This document shows, piece by piece, positions 17,315 to 26,683 of a stretch of 64,000 nucleotides of DNA. The translations under genes and the position numbers were made by a program. The stretch is taken from NCBI GenBank assembly GCA_024226315.1, contig JAAELT010000305.1, positions 18,304-82,303 on the forward strand. Direction: 5' to 3'. The notes under the pieces were generated by a model. That model made no database searches, had not been told where the DNA came from, and worked only from the letters and a program-made list of their open reading frames with translations. The stretch's first letter is position 1. Each line of letters opens with the position of its first letter. Origin of the DNA: a bacterium (GTDB lineage Bacteria; Acidobacteriota; Thermoanaerobaculia; Multivoradales; J023).

Positions 17315-19183
17315 CTATCTGTCTTCGCCGACCAAAGTCAGGGCACAGCCGAGATAGAAGTAGTGCTCCCCCTTCTCGCGCCAACGCGGCATTTCGCCGG
17401 TGGCGGTGCGAATCTCCATGCGGTAGACATAGATGTCGAGCACGCGCTCCCACGCCGCCCGGTCGCGGTCGTTGCGCACCATGGTCGGGCGCGGCACCTT
17501 CAACACGACCCGCGTAAGTTGGTCAGGACCGGCGACGATGCGCTCGCTCGCGCCCTCGATCTCGAACGTCACCTCGTTACCCGGGGCCTGGCTGCGCACG
17601 TCGAAGGTCAGCTCGGTAATCGGCTCGAGGCTCTGGATCCAGATCTCCGAGGGGCCGCCGGCGCCGATCCACAGCTCCTCGCCCTCAGGGCGCAGGTGGT
17701 CCTTGCGGCCATAGAAGTATATGTCGCCGCGGGCGGCTCCGAAGTAGCCCGGCAGCTCGCGCAGGGAGAGCTCGAGCGGAAAGGCCTGGAACGGATGGTT
17801 GCGGCCGTGGGCCTGGAGCGTCGGCGACGGCACCGCCAGGCCGTAGGGCGAGAACACCAGCGAGCCGATGAACAGGCCGCCGGCGGCGAAGCCCGGTGCC
17901 ACGATCCAGTCCGGGCGGATCCGCGTCACCAGGAAGAGAAACGCCGGATAGAGCATGAAGAAATAGCGGTTGCCCACGAAGCCGCCGCCGCCGTGCCAGT
18001 TGTGGTGCAGGAAGGTGAGGAAGAAGAGCGTAATCAAGGCGAGCGATCCGAGCACTGTCCAGCGCACGGCGCTGCGCCGGCCGTAGGCCAGGAACAGGCC
18101 GAGGGCGATCACCGCGAACGGGTGGTACGGGACCAGGCCGACGTGGCGCCCGAAGAGGAAATACACGAAGTCCTCGCGCAGCTCCGGCAGGCTGACCTGG
18201 GGGACCCCGAAGATCCACCACCAGCCCGCGGTCTCCTTGCCCAGCTCCGCCTCGGCCGCGGCTACCGGCGTTCCCGCCGGCGTCGGCTCCTTCGGCTCCA
18301 CCGGCATGACGTGCGGCGTGTGCACGTTGTAGCCCTGGCGGTCGATGCCGAGATACGACGTCGGGTGGCCGGTCAGGACCTGGCCGATGCCGGCGAAGAT
18401 CCCCACGGTGACCGCCGCCGCGGCCAGCCACAGCAGGAGCTGTCGCCAGCACCGGTGGCGCACCAGCCGAAAGCAGACGGGCAGCCCGATCGCCGCCAGC
18501 ATCGGCTTGTTGTACACGCCCACCGCCAGCGCCGAGGCCGACGCCACGATGGCCACGCGATCCGTCGTCAGCCACGCTGGCAGCCGGGACCACAGGGCGC
18601 GCGTCGTGCCGAAGGCGCGCGGGTCGCGCGACGGGTCGCGCGACGGCTCGAAGGCGTGCAGGCCGAAGAACAGGCAGGCCGCCGTGGCGAACATGTTGAG
18701 CATCTCGGGCTGCAGCCAGTAGACGTAGCGGTAGGTCGTGCTCATCAGAAAGAAGCCCGAGGCGAAGAGCGCCGCCAGCCAATCGGCGTTGTAGCGCCGC
18801 AGGTAGAACGTCGACATCCAGATCATCGCCACCAGCAGCAACGTGTTGAACACCACCAGGCCGTTGGCCTTCCACAACGCGGCGAACGGCGCCGCCAGCA
18901 TGGAGTAGGCGTAGGGCTTGCCGTAGTAGACCGTGTGCCAGCCGTCGTCGGTCGACAGGATGAGGTTCTGGATCGGCGCGTAGGGGAACTCTTCGTAGAG
19001 ACGCGCCAGGTCCTCGGGCTCGCAGCGCAGGTCGCCGTCCCTCGCCAGGCTGAGCGCCGCCAGGTAGTAGGCCGGCTCGTCGGCCTTGAGGGTCGCGGGC
19101 ATGCCCGGCTTGCGATGGGTCAGCGGCAGGATCAGGAGCGCCAGCGACAGGCAGGCGAGGGCCAGGGTGACGCCGCGGCTCAT
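17315..19183 (-). CDS. Polytopic membrane protein, probable GT-C fold glycosyltransferase
   Basis: N-terminal TM followed by ADEPAYY acidic motif, ~11 TM helices, GNRYF motif; lies in a sugar gene cluster. Confidence 0.6.
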   Translation of the reverse strand: MSRGVTLALACLSLALLILPLTHRKPGMPATLKADEPAYYLAALSLARDGDLRCEPEDLARLYEEFPYAPIQNLILSTDDGWHTVYYGKPYAYSMLAAPFAALWKANGLVVFNTLLLVAMIWMSTFYLRRYNADWLAALFASGFFLMSTTYRYVYWLQPEMLNMFATAACLFFGLHAFEPSRDPSRDPRAFGTTRALWSRLPAWLTTDRVAIVASASALAVGVYNKPMLAAIGLPVCFRLVRHRCWRQLLLWLAAAAVTVGIFAGIGQVLTGHPTSYLGIDRQGYNVHTPHVMPVEPKEPTPAGTPVAAAEAELGKETAGWWWIFGVPQVSLPELREDFVYFLFGRHVGLVPYHPFAVIALGLFLAYGRRSAVRWTVLGSLALITLFFLTFLHHNWHGGGGFVGNRYFFMLYPAFLFLVTRIRPDWIVAPGFAAGGLFIGSLVFSPYGLAVPSPTLQAHGRNHPFQAFPLELSLRELPGYFGAARGDIYFYGRKDHLRPEGEELWIGAGGPSEIWIQSLEPITELTFDVRSQAPGNEVTFEIEGASERIVAGPDQLTRVVLKVPRPTMVRNDRDRAAWERVLDIYVYRMEIRTATGEMPRWREKGEHYFYLGCALTLVGEDR

Positions 19184-19977
19184 CGATCGAGCTCCCGTGC
19201 CGCGAAGCGGGCGGTGGCCCGCCGCAGATCTTCGGGCGTGCCGACGTCGAGGAAGGATCCCTCCGGGAAGCGCACCGCCGCCACCGCCAGACGATCGTCG
19301 ATCGCGGCCTGGATCACGTCACCGACATAGATCTCTTGCCCCTCCTCGCTGATCGCCGCGCCCACGTAATCGTGCAGGTAGCGGCTGAACCGCGGGCCCC
19401 AGACCGCGATCGACCAGGTGAACCGCAGGCCGGTATCGCGCTGCTTGATGACGATGCGCCTTACCCGGTCCGCCTCGTCGAGCTCGACCATGTCGGCCTT
19501 CCACGACTGATCGGTGGGAAACGCGCCGAGCACCACCTCCGCGCCACCGCGCGCGCGCTCGGCGAGCAGCGCGGCGTAGGCGTCGCCCGGCTGGAAGAGG
19601 ATGTCGGGGAAGCCGAGCGCCACCGTCGACTCGGCAATGAACGGATAGGCCCGATCGAGCGTCTCCGGCACGCTCGCCGTCGGCTCGAGCGCAAGATAGG
19701 CGAGCGGCAGCCCGTGGTCCGCGCCGCTGCCCAGGAGCGCCGGAATGTCCCACTTGCCCTGCCGCAGCAGGACGAAGGCGCGCCCCACCCCCGAGCTCGC
19801 GAAGCTCTCGAGCAAGTAACTGCACACCGCCCGGGGGCGCGGCTCGCCGTCTTCCCCGGTGCTGAAACCGAGCGGCAGGATCTCCTTGCTGCAGGGCAAT
19901 GGGCCCAGACGGTCGGCCCGCCCCGCCGCCGGGATCAGACCGACCACGTCGCTGGTGCTGTGATGACTTTGACCCAC
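19180..19977 (-). CDS. Sugar-phosphate nucleotidyltransferase (glucose-1-phosphate thymidylyltransferase-like)
   Basis: GLIPAAGRADRLGPLPCSKEILP, LGFPD, FLDVGTPEDL. Confidence 0.88.
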   Translation of the reverse strand: MGQSHHSTSDVVGLIPAAGRADRLGPLPCSKEILPLGFSTGEDGEPRPRAVCSYLLESFASSGVGRAFVLLRQGKWDIPALLGSGADHGLPLAYLALEPTASVPETLDRAYPFIAESTVALGFPDILFQPGDAYAALLAERARGGAEVVLGAFPTDQSWKADMVELDEADRVRRIVIKQRDTGLRFTWSIAVWGPRFSRYLHDYVGAAISEEGQEIYVGDVIQAAIDDRLAVAAVRFPEGSFLDVGTPEDLRRATARFAARELDR

Positions 19978-20049
19978 GGTTCTCCACGCTTTCCCGGACC
20001 CCGGGTTCTACCACCGGCGGCCCGTAGCTTCAAGTTGATAGCCTCGGTA

Positions 20050-20104
20050 GTGTTCCGTTGACAGCCCGTGTTCCGTTGACAGCCCGGGTGGCCCACGTTA
20101 GCCT
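20050..20104 (+). promoter_or_regulatory. Putative sigma70 promoter of rfbF, with an 18-bp tandem duplication containing the -35 box
   Basis: GTGTTCCGTTGACAGCCC x2 (20050-20085). TTGACA 20076-20081, 17 nt, TAGCCT 20099-20104, 7 nt, ATG 20112. Confidence 0.55.
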
Positions 20105-20111
20105 CGCCGCG

Positions 20112-20885
20112 ATGAAAGCGGTGATCCTTGCCGGCGGTCGCGGCACCCGGCTATCCGAAGAGACGGTGCGGCGGCCCAAGCCGATGGTGGAGATCGGCGG
20201 CAAGCCGATCTTGTGGCACATCATGAAGATCTACTCCAGCCACGGCATCCACGATTTCGTCATCTGCTGCGGCTACAAGGGCTACCTGATCAAGGAATAC
20301 TTCGCCAACTACTTCCTGCACAACGCCGACGTCACCTTCGACCTGGCGAAGAACGAGATGACGGCCCACCAGAGCACCTCCGAGCCCTGGCGCGTCACCC
20401 TGGTCGACACCGGGGCCGAGACCGCCACCGGCGGCCGGATGAAGCTCGTCCGCGACCATCTCGACGACGAGGAGCCGTTCTGCTTCACCTACGGCGACGC
20501 GGTCTCCGACGTCGACGTCACCGAGCTGGTCGCCTTCCACGGGGGCCACGGCAAGCTGGCGACCATGACCACCATCCAGCCGCCGTCGAAGTACGGCGTG
20601 CTGGCCTTCGACGGCGACCGCATCACCGACTTCCAGGAAAAACCGCCGGGCGAGGGCGGCTGGATCAACGGTGGATTCTTCGTGCTGTCGCCGCAGGTGA
20701 TCGACTACATCGACAGCCCCGACACCCCCTGGGAGTACGCTCCGCTCCACCGCCTGGTGGAGGAAGGCCAGCTCGCCGCGCACTTCCACAAGGGCTTCTG
20801 GCAGTGCATGGACACCCTGCGCGACCGCAACCTCCTCGAAGCCTACTGGAGCTCCGAGGCGCCGCCCTGGAAGATCTGGGAGTGA
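20112..20885 (+). CDS. rfbF: Glucose-1-phosphate cytidylyltransferase
   Basis: MKAVILAGGRGTRLSEET..PKPMVEIGGKPILWHIMK, TYGD, WINGGFF, GFWQCMDTLRD, APPWKIW. Confidence 0.96.
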   Translation: MKAVILAGGRGTRLSEETVRRPKPMVEIGGKPILWHIMKIYSSHGIHDFVICCGYKGYLIKEYFANYFLHNADVTFDLAKNEMTAHQSTSEPWRVTLVDTGAETATGGRMKLVRDHLDDEEPFCFTYGDAVSDVDVTELVAFHGGHGKLATMTTIQPPSKYGVLAFDGDRITDFQEKPPGEGGWINGGFFVLSPQVIDYIDSPDTPWEYAPLHRLVEEGQLAAHFHKGFWQCMDTLRDRNLLEAYWSSEAPPWKIWE

Positions 20886-21941
20886 TTACAGGGCCTGGTA
20901 GCGGTCGATCTGTGCCTCGGTGAGCTGCCTCATGTCTTCACCGTCGCCGTAGGCGCGGTACCACTCGACGACCCAGTCGAGGGTGTCGTGCAATTCCAGG
21001 CGCGCCTTCCAGCCCAACCGTCCCTCGGCCTTGGCCGGATCGAGGCGCAGGAGATGGTGCTCGTGGGGATGGGGGCCGGGGTCGAGCTCGACCTCGCCGC
21101 TCTCGCCCCAGAGCTCCTGGATCCGTTCGACCATGGCGCCCACGGACAGGGGGTCCTCGTCCGGCGGGCCGAAGTTCCAGGCCTCGCTGAAGCGCTCACC
21201 TTCGCGCCACAGGTGCTCGGCGAGGGTCAGGTAGCCGCCGATCGGGTCGAGCACGTGCTGCCAGGGGCGCACCGACTGGGGGTAGCGGATGTAGAGCGGC
21301 CGGCGGTCGAGGAAGGAGCGCATGATGTCGGGCACCAGGCGGTCGCGGCCCCAGTCGCCGCCGCCGATGACGTTGCCGGCACGGGCCGTGGCCACCGCCA
21401 CCGGCGGCTCGGCGGCGGCGAAGAACGAATCCCGGTAGGCGCGGGTCACCAGCTCGGCGCAGCCCTTGCTGCTCGAATAGGGATCGCGCCCGCCCAGCGC
21501 GTCGTCCTCGCGGTAGCCGCGCTCCAGCTCGAGGTTGTCGTAGCTCTTGTCGCTGGTGACCACCACCACCGACCGGGCGCTGGGCTCGAGCCGGATCGCC
21601 TCGAGCAGGTTGACGGTGCCCATCACGTTGCTCGAATAGGTCTCGATCGGGTCTTCGTAGCTGGCCCGGACGATCGCCTGCGCCGCCAGGTGCAGCACCA
21701 CCTCGGGCCGGTGCCGATCGATGACCACGCGCAGATGGTCGAGGTCTCGCAGGTCGCCTTCGATCGATGTCATGCCGTCGGCCACGGCGGCGATCTCGAA
21801 CAGACTCGGCTCGGTGGGCGGCGGCAACGCGTAGCCAACCAGCCGGGCGCCGGCCCGCTGCAGCCACAGCGCCAGCCAGCTGCCTTTGAAGCCGGTGTGC
21901 CCGGTCAGAAGGACCTTCTTGTCGCGCCAGAAAGAGCTCAT
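20886..21941 (-). CDS. rfbG: CDP-glucose 4,6-dehydratase
   Basis: FWRDKKVLLTGHTGFKGSWL, DPYSSSKG, ARAGNVIGGGDW, RPWQHVLDP, AWNFGP. Confidence 0.96.
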   Translation of the reverse strand: MSSFWRDKKVLLTGHTGFKGSWLALWLQRAGARLVGYALPPPTEPSLFEIAAVADGMTSIEGDLRDLDHLRVVIDRHRPEVVLHLAAQAIVRASYEDPIETYSSNVMGTVNLLEAIRLEPSARSVVVVTSDKSYDNLELERGYREDDALGGRDPYSSSKGCAELVTRAYRDSFFAAAEPPVAVATARAGNVIGGGDWGRDRLVPDIMRSFLDRRPLYIRYPQSVRPWQHVLDPIGGYLTLAEHLWREGERFSEAWNFGPPDEDPLSVGAMVERIQELWGESGEVELDPGPHPHEHHLLRLDPAKAEGRLGWKARLELHDTLDWVVEWYRAYGDGEDMRQLTEAQIDRYQAL

Positions 21942-21954
21942 ATAGCAAAGGTAG

Positions 21955-21983
21955 CAGATCGTCCGAGGATTCGGACGATCTGA
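21955..21983. repeat. 12-bp-arm palindrome upstream of rfbG, with a partial second copy near 22044
   Basis: CAGATCGTCCGA-ggat-TCGGACGATCTG; GCAGATCGTCCGCGGATCGGAC near 22044. Confidence 0.6.
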
Positions 21984-22084
21984 TAGGCCGGTGGGATGGG
22001 CCAAGAAGTCGAACGCCGAAGGCTTCGAGTTCTTGGGGCGCTAGCAGATCGTCCGCGGATCGGACAGCCCGGCCTGGCTGGCGA

Positions 22085-22460
22085 CCGGGAGACCTCGGAT
22101 TCAGGGTGAATCGGACTCTCCGGAAAAGCAGAGACCTCGGATTCAGGGTGAATCGTAACCTCCGGCAAATCAGGAGGGTGCGATTCACGCTGAATCGCAA
22201 CCTCCGGCAAATCAGGAAGGCGCGATTCACACTGAATCGTGACTACCAAAGGTAACCGAGGTTGCGATTCACGCTGAATCGCGACCCTCCTTTCGTAACC
22301 GATGGTGCGATTCACGCTGAATCGCGCCTGCGTCGCGTAACCGAGGTTACGATTCACGCTGAATCGTGCCTTCGACGCGTAACCGAAGTTGCGATTCACG
22401 CTGAATCGCGACCACCACACGTAACCGGAGTTGCGATTCACGCTGAATCGCGACTCCGGC
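22085..22460. repeat. Tandem array of 9 palindromic cores GATTCA-NNN-TGAATC at 42-bp period
   Basis: Core starts at 22098, 22140, 22182, 22224, 22266, 22309, 22351, 22393, 22435; linkers of 27 bp (one 28) are partly variable. Confidence 0.95.
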
Positions 22461-22769
22461 GTGATTTCGTTGGGTGAGTCGAGGAAGACGATCGAGTAGC
22501 CTGAGGTTCAGTCACCTGGCGTCGCCGTTCTGGCTCTCTCCGGGAACCGGACCGACCAGATAGAACAGCATAGTGTCGGAAACGGGCGAAACACGGATCG
22601 TGGCAATCGAGCCGACCGTGAGTTCGCGTCAGAGGAGGAGGTGCGAGATGCAGGTCAGAACCGGTGTGAATGCTGGGTATGGACCCTCGGTTGAGCCCGC
22701 AGGCTGAGTCCGGCGCCCGTGAGGGTGCGGCCGTTATGGCCGTGCCCTCACAAGGTCGACTAGAATGAA

Positions 22770-23937
22770 GTGAACAGATTGATTGAACAGGAGGAGGGAC
22801 CCTTTTTGCCGCACAACACCGAGTACGCCCAGCGGCTACTTCGCGAGCTGGACCTACCGGGTAATGCAGAGCAGATCCTGGAGAATCCCAAGTACGCGGA
22901 TCCTGGGTTCGCCGCTGCCTTCTACGAGCACTGCGAAGAGGTGCTCTTCCATTCTCCCGAGGACGCCCTGAAGCTCGCCAAAGTTGCACTGCGGCTTGCG
23001 CACTCTCTGCCAGAAGGCACGGGGCCAGAGGGCAAAAGAAAGCACCTCGAGCTGTTCGTCAAAGCGTGCTGGATCGTGGGGAGCGCCTATCGAAAGTTCG
23101 GCCGGACGAACGAGGCGGAGGGACCGTACCGAAAGGCGCTGGGTATCGCAGGCATCTCGGATGCCATCAAGGCTGCGCTTTATCTGAGGCTTGCGATCTT
23201 GCGGGTGTCACAACAGCGGTACGAGGACGCCTTGAAACTGATCGATCAGGCGGAGAGGATCTACCGATCCGAGAAGGACAGCAAGGGTTTGGGGCATGCA
23301 TTCGCCACGCGAGGGTACACCTACAACGAATCCGGTCGGTTCGCGGAGGCGATCTCACAATTCACCCGGGCGCTGTCGGCGATTGATCCACACCTGGATC
23401 CAGAAAGCGGACGCTTCCACTACTCCGCAACGCACAACGTGGGCTTTGCGATCTCTCAGTGTCGAAGCCCCGAAGCCATCGGCGCTGCGCAGATTCACAT
23501 TCGAGAAGCCCGGAGACTCCTCGGCGATCGGCGACGAAGTGTCCCGAGGTACAAGCTCTATTGGTATCGAAGGGAAAGCCCTGATCAAGCTCGGATCAAC
23601 GCAGTTGGGCGAACGTCGTTTACTCCGCGCACTCAAGGGACTCCTCATCCTCCGCGCGATCTTCGAATCTGCTCTTGTGTGTCTTGACCTTTCGGTCCTG
23701 TTGCGCGACGAGGAGCGTTGGAACGAGCTTGAAGAGGTCGCCGGAGAAACCTTCCGTCGGTTCGAGGAGCTTTCGGCCGACTCGGAGACAATCGCGGCGC
23801 TGTCTCTCTGGATGGAAGCTGTGAAAGCGCGCGAACTTGGGGATCAGCTCATCTCAGACGTCAGAGCCCAGCTCTCTGTGCGGATGCGCCGCCAGCCTCC
23901 CCCCGGCACTGTTCGACGTCGTTGGAAGCGGCGCTGA
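22770..23937 (+). pseudogene. TPR-like helical-repeat protein, frameshifted paralog of 26684-27817
   Basis: ORFs 22770-23687 and 23296-23937 join if the extra T at 23565 is removed (KLYW-IEGKAL versus paralog KLTWIEGMI); both copies end RMRRQP.PG. Confidence 0.8.
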
Positions 23938-24111
23938 AGCCCCCACCTCGTCGGAGATGAGGGCCGGGGCGCCCTACCAGTCGAGATCCCGGATCTTCTC
24001 CACGTGCTCCCCGGCACCGATCCCCGGAGATACCGCTCCCGGATCTGCTCCGGGGATCGCCAAAATGGGGCAGGACATGGTACCGTAACGTATCCAAAGA
24101 CGGAGGCAGCT

Positions 24112-24408
24112 ATGACCCAATTGACCATCAGCCAAGACATTCGCCCCATCTCTGATCTCAAGGCGAGGGGGAGCGAGATCGTCACCCAGGCGGCGAACAC
24201 GGGTCGCCCTGTCGTTCTGACCCGTCACGGCCGAAGCGTGGCCGTGGTATTGGCCGTCGACGAGTATGAACGTCTTCAGCAGGCGGCGGAACGGGGTGCT
24301 CTGGTGGAGGCCCTTCGGGAAGGGGAGCGGGATGTGGAAGCCGGCCGCGTTCTGACCCACGAGGAGATGCGGGCCAAGTGGCTCGCCGGAGAATCCGAGG
24401 ACGGATGA
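24112..24408 (+). CDS. Phd/YefM family antitoxin
   Basis: DIRPISDLK...PVVLTRHGRSVAVVL; RBS GGAGG. Confidence 0.9.
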   Translation: MTQLTISQDIRPISDLKARGSEIVTQAANTGRPVVLTRHGRSVAVVLAVDEYERLQQAAERGALVEALREGERDVEAGRVLTHEEMRAKWLAGESEDG

Positions 24409-24409
24409 C

Positions 24410-24712
24410 GTGGAGGTCGTCTGGTCGCGGGCAGCCGATCGAGACCTGGCTCGGATCTACTCCTACCTGGAACCGAGGAGTCTCCGGGCGGTTCGCGGCC
24501 TTCTGCGGCGTCTATTCAAGACGATAGATCTGTTGGCTGAGATGCCCCGGATGGGGACGGTCGCCGATCTCGGACTGGAGAGGGAATACCGACAGCAGGT
24601 GGTCGAGCACTACAAGATCTTCTACTACGTCGAGGAAGAGCGCCTCGTCATCGTGCGACTCTGGGACACCCGCCAAGACCCCACGAAGTTCTTCGTCCCC
24701 CTTACACCTTGA
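24410..24712 (+). CDS. RelE/ParE family toxin
   Basis: VVWSRAADRDL..IYSY, L.EMPRMG, YKIFY, IVRLWDTRQDP; follows the antitoxin. Confidence 0.9.
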   Translation: MEVVWSRAADRDLARIYSYLEPRSLRAVRGLLRRLFKTIDLLAEMPRMGTVADLGLEREYRQQVVEHYKIFYYVEEERLVIVRLWDTRQDPTKFFVPLTP

Positions 24713-24853
24713 GCATCCGGCCTGCAACTCGCCCAGGGTGACCGCGGATAGGTGAAGCTCGTCGTTGTCGATGCCCTCGAGCCAGGCGATCACGGCTCCG
24801 TGAGGGCGTGGACGCCTGAGCTCCGAGATGACGTTCGTGTCGAGCAGATACAA
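24713..24853 (-). pseudogene. Truncated VapC/PIN toxin (first ~46 aa)
   Basis: MYLLDTNVISELRR...WL...LHLSAVTLGELQAG, after which the frame reads antisense into the RelE/ParE gene. Confidence 0.8.
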
Positions 24854-24857
24854 GAGC

Positions 24858-25133
24858 CTACTCGAAGACCTCCGGCGACCGGCGGCGCCAGCGCCGCCGC
24901 GAAGGGACCGGGATTTCGGCGCGGGGAGAATCGGCGAGCAGCAGCTCTTTCAGCGTCGGTCCGGCGGCTCTTCGCAGGCGGCGCCAATCCTCCACCGGTA
25001 CCAGGACCGCGGCCTCGACGCCCCGGCGGGTCACGATCTGCGGGCCTTCGCGGAGGCTGGCCTCCAACAATCGGCTGAAGTGCGTTTTCGCATCGTGGAC
25101 CGGCCACCGCTTCGGGCTCGTTTCTCCGGCCAT
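24858..25133 (-). CDS. Phd/YefM family antitoxin, partner of the truncated VapC
   Basis: WPVHDAKTHFSRLL...GPQIVTRRGVEAAVLVPVEDW. Confidence 0.88.
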   Translation of the reverse strand: MAGETSPKRWPVHDAKTHFSRLLEASLREGPQIVTRRGVEAAVLVPVEDWRRLRRAAGPTLKELLLADSPRAEIPVPSRRRWRRRSPEVFE

Positions 25134-25251
25134 GAAGTCCTCCAAAGGTCCGGCTGGCGAGTACTGGCGGTTCGGTCCAGCTCGATTACCTCTCCGCCGA
25201 TACGGACAAGGCTTCCAGAAACCGACGAAGCCTCACGCATTCGGCAGCCTA

Positions 25252-25758
25252 TCATGACGCCGGGGTGACCGAGGTGGCGGGGTGACCGAGGGGGGTGACC
25301 GAGGTGGCTGGCACCGCGGACAGCAGCGCCTTGGCCGAAGCGACTGGATCTCCGTCGACGGAAGCCAGCCCCAGGGCTTCGTCGACAAGACCTACGCTCT
25401 CTTCTTCACGGTCACGGAGCGCAGTGTACCGAGCGATCCGAAGCAGGACGGAGGCCCGTTCTTCCTCAACGTTTCTTAACAGCTCAAGAGCGGCCTCCTC
25501 GGAGCCAGCGGCGAAGAGCGCCTCGACTGCGGCATTCAGGGCCTCGGGGTCTGCTGTCTGCGTTGCCATGTCGGTAACGCGGACGACCAGTTCGGCTCGC
25601 GCCTGTGGGTCTGGGGTCAGCTTTGCGCCGGGGCTGCAAGCGGCAAGAATTGGGATGATGAGCAGTCCGACCCATCTGATTTCATTGACGCTACAGTTGC
25701 GGCCTCCAGATCCATCGCGGTTACCGCGGATGAATTCGCGTTCCGAGATTGTATGCAT
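25252..25758 (-). pseudogene. Possible lipoprotein/TPR gene fragment ending in the REP-like repeat
   Basis: Lipobox-like LLIIPILAAC and helical repeats; the C-terminus is encoded by the GGGTGACCGAGG stutter. Confidence 0.35.
25260..25327. repeat. REP-like element GGGTGACCGAGGTGGCTGGCACCGCGGACAGCAGC (left copy, preceded by partial copies)
   Basis: Full 35-bp copy at 25293-25327, two partial copies upstream; identical to 31824-31858. Confidence 0.85.
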
Positions 25759-26443
25759 GGGATCCTCCCTTCGCTAATTGATCCACGAGTTTGCCTTTCG
25801 GCAGCTCGGCGGTCTTGGAGTCCTTCGTGGCGGCCAGCGTCGCGGAGGAAGCGAGGACCCGTGGCTTTGCGGCACCGGCTTTTGCCGGCTGTGCCTTTTC
25901 GAGGCGCTCGGGTGTCGTTGTTATCGAGACAGCACGAACCTCATTACTAGAGATCATGCTGTCTTCTACATAAGTAGTGACGCCTAACCGCCAGTTATCT
26001 CACCTACATCTAAGAAAAATCCACGAGATCGACTGGGGCTAGAAGCCGGGCGGGCGTCGCAAGACCCGAGCGGCTTCGTGATCGCACCCCCATCAGTCTG
26101 GAGAGGGCGGCGCCACTTAAGGTGCCGGCCGTCTCGGCAAACAGAGTAGCACACCGACCCGATCGACCAGCGGTCACACGCCGAACCGAGCTGATCCCAG
26201 TCCGCGAGCTACCGCGGACACCCTCTGCGAACGGCTTCCGAGGCGCAGTCCGTGTCTCAATGGCGCTAATGAGCGCGCCTTGGGGCTTCTTGGGCGCACC
26301 GGGTCCGCAGCTCTCTATGGAGCGGAGCGGTAGCAGCAAAATCGTTCTGGGTACTTTCTGGTCTGGCTCGGCGAGCGCCTCTTCAACAGCTACGACGGCG
26401 CCCGCGCCGGCCCCGCGCGGCTGCAAGGCAGCCCAACGTCGCT

Positions 26444-26635
26444 CGGCACGTGAGGTCTCGGCGGAGGAAAGCAACCTGGTGGGAACTCCACGCCACACTC
26501 CCCTGCCCGAAGGCGGGCCGCCGCCTCACGGTACGCTTCGACGAACAGCCGATACGCCTGCTTCAACTGCTTGCGCACCGCCTTCGTCGCGGCGTGAACT
26601 GCCGGCGCGGGCGACTTCTTCGAGCGGGCTACGAA
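26444..26635 (-). mobile_element. C-terminal remnant of a Y1/RAYT-type transposase
   Basis: KKSPAPAVHAATKAVRKQLKQAYRLFVEAYREAAARLRAGECGVEFPPGCFPP resembles, from recall, the C-terminus of IS200-related transposases of Acidobacteria/Myxococcota; the catalytic part is absent. Confidence 0.6.
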
Positions 26636-26642
26636 GCGGGTG

Positions 26643-26682
26643 GCACCTGGGGAGCACCTGGGGAGCACCTGGGGAGCACCTG
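26643..26682. repeat. 11-bp tandem repeat CACCTGGGGAG x3.5
   Basis: Copies at 26644, 26655, 26666 and partial 26677, at the junction between the TPR gene stop and the transposase remnant. Confidence 0.85.
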
Positions 26683-26683
26683 A

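Noticed and set aside
22085..22460. Canonical CRISPR array
   Set aside because: The conserved core is only 15-19 bp, the linkers are related to each other rather than unique spacers, and no cas genes are in the window.
21196..22477. ORFs with 14-aa repeats (RFSVNR... / AIHAESR...)
   Set aside because: They arise in several frames on both strands from the 42-bp palindromic array, lack an RBS, and are disrupted by the 43-bp unit.
25721..25957. 78-aa small ORF as a signalling peptide for the TPR proteins
   Set aside because: No signal peptide, clear RBS or recognisable motif; cannot be supported.
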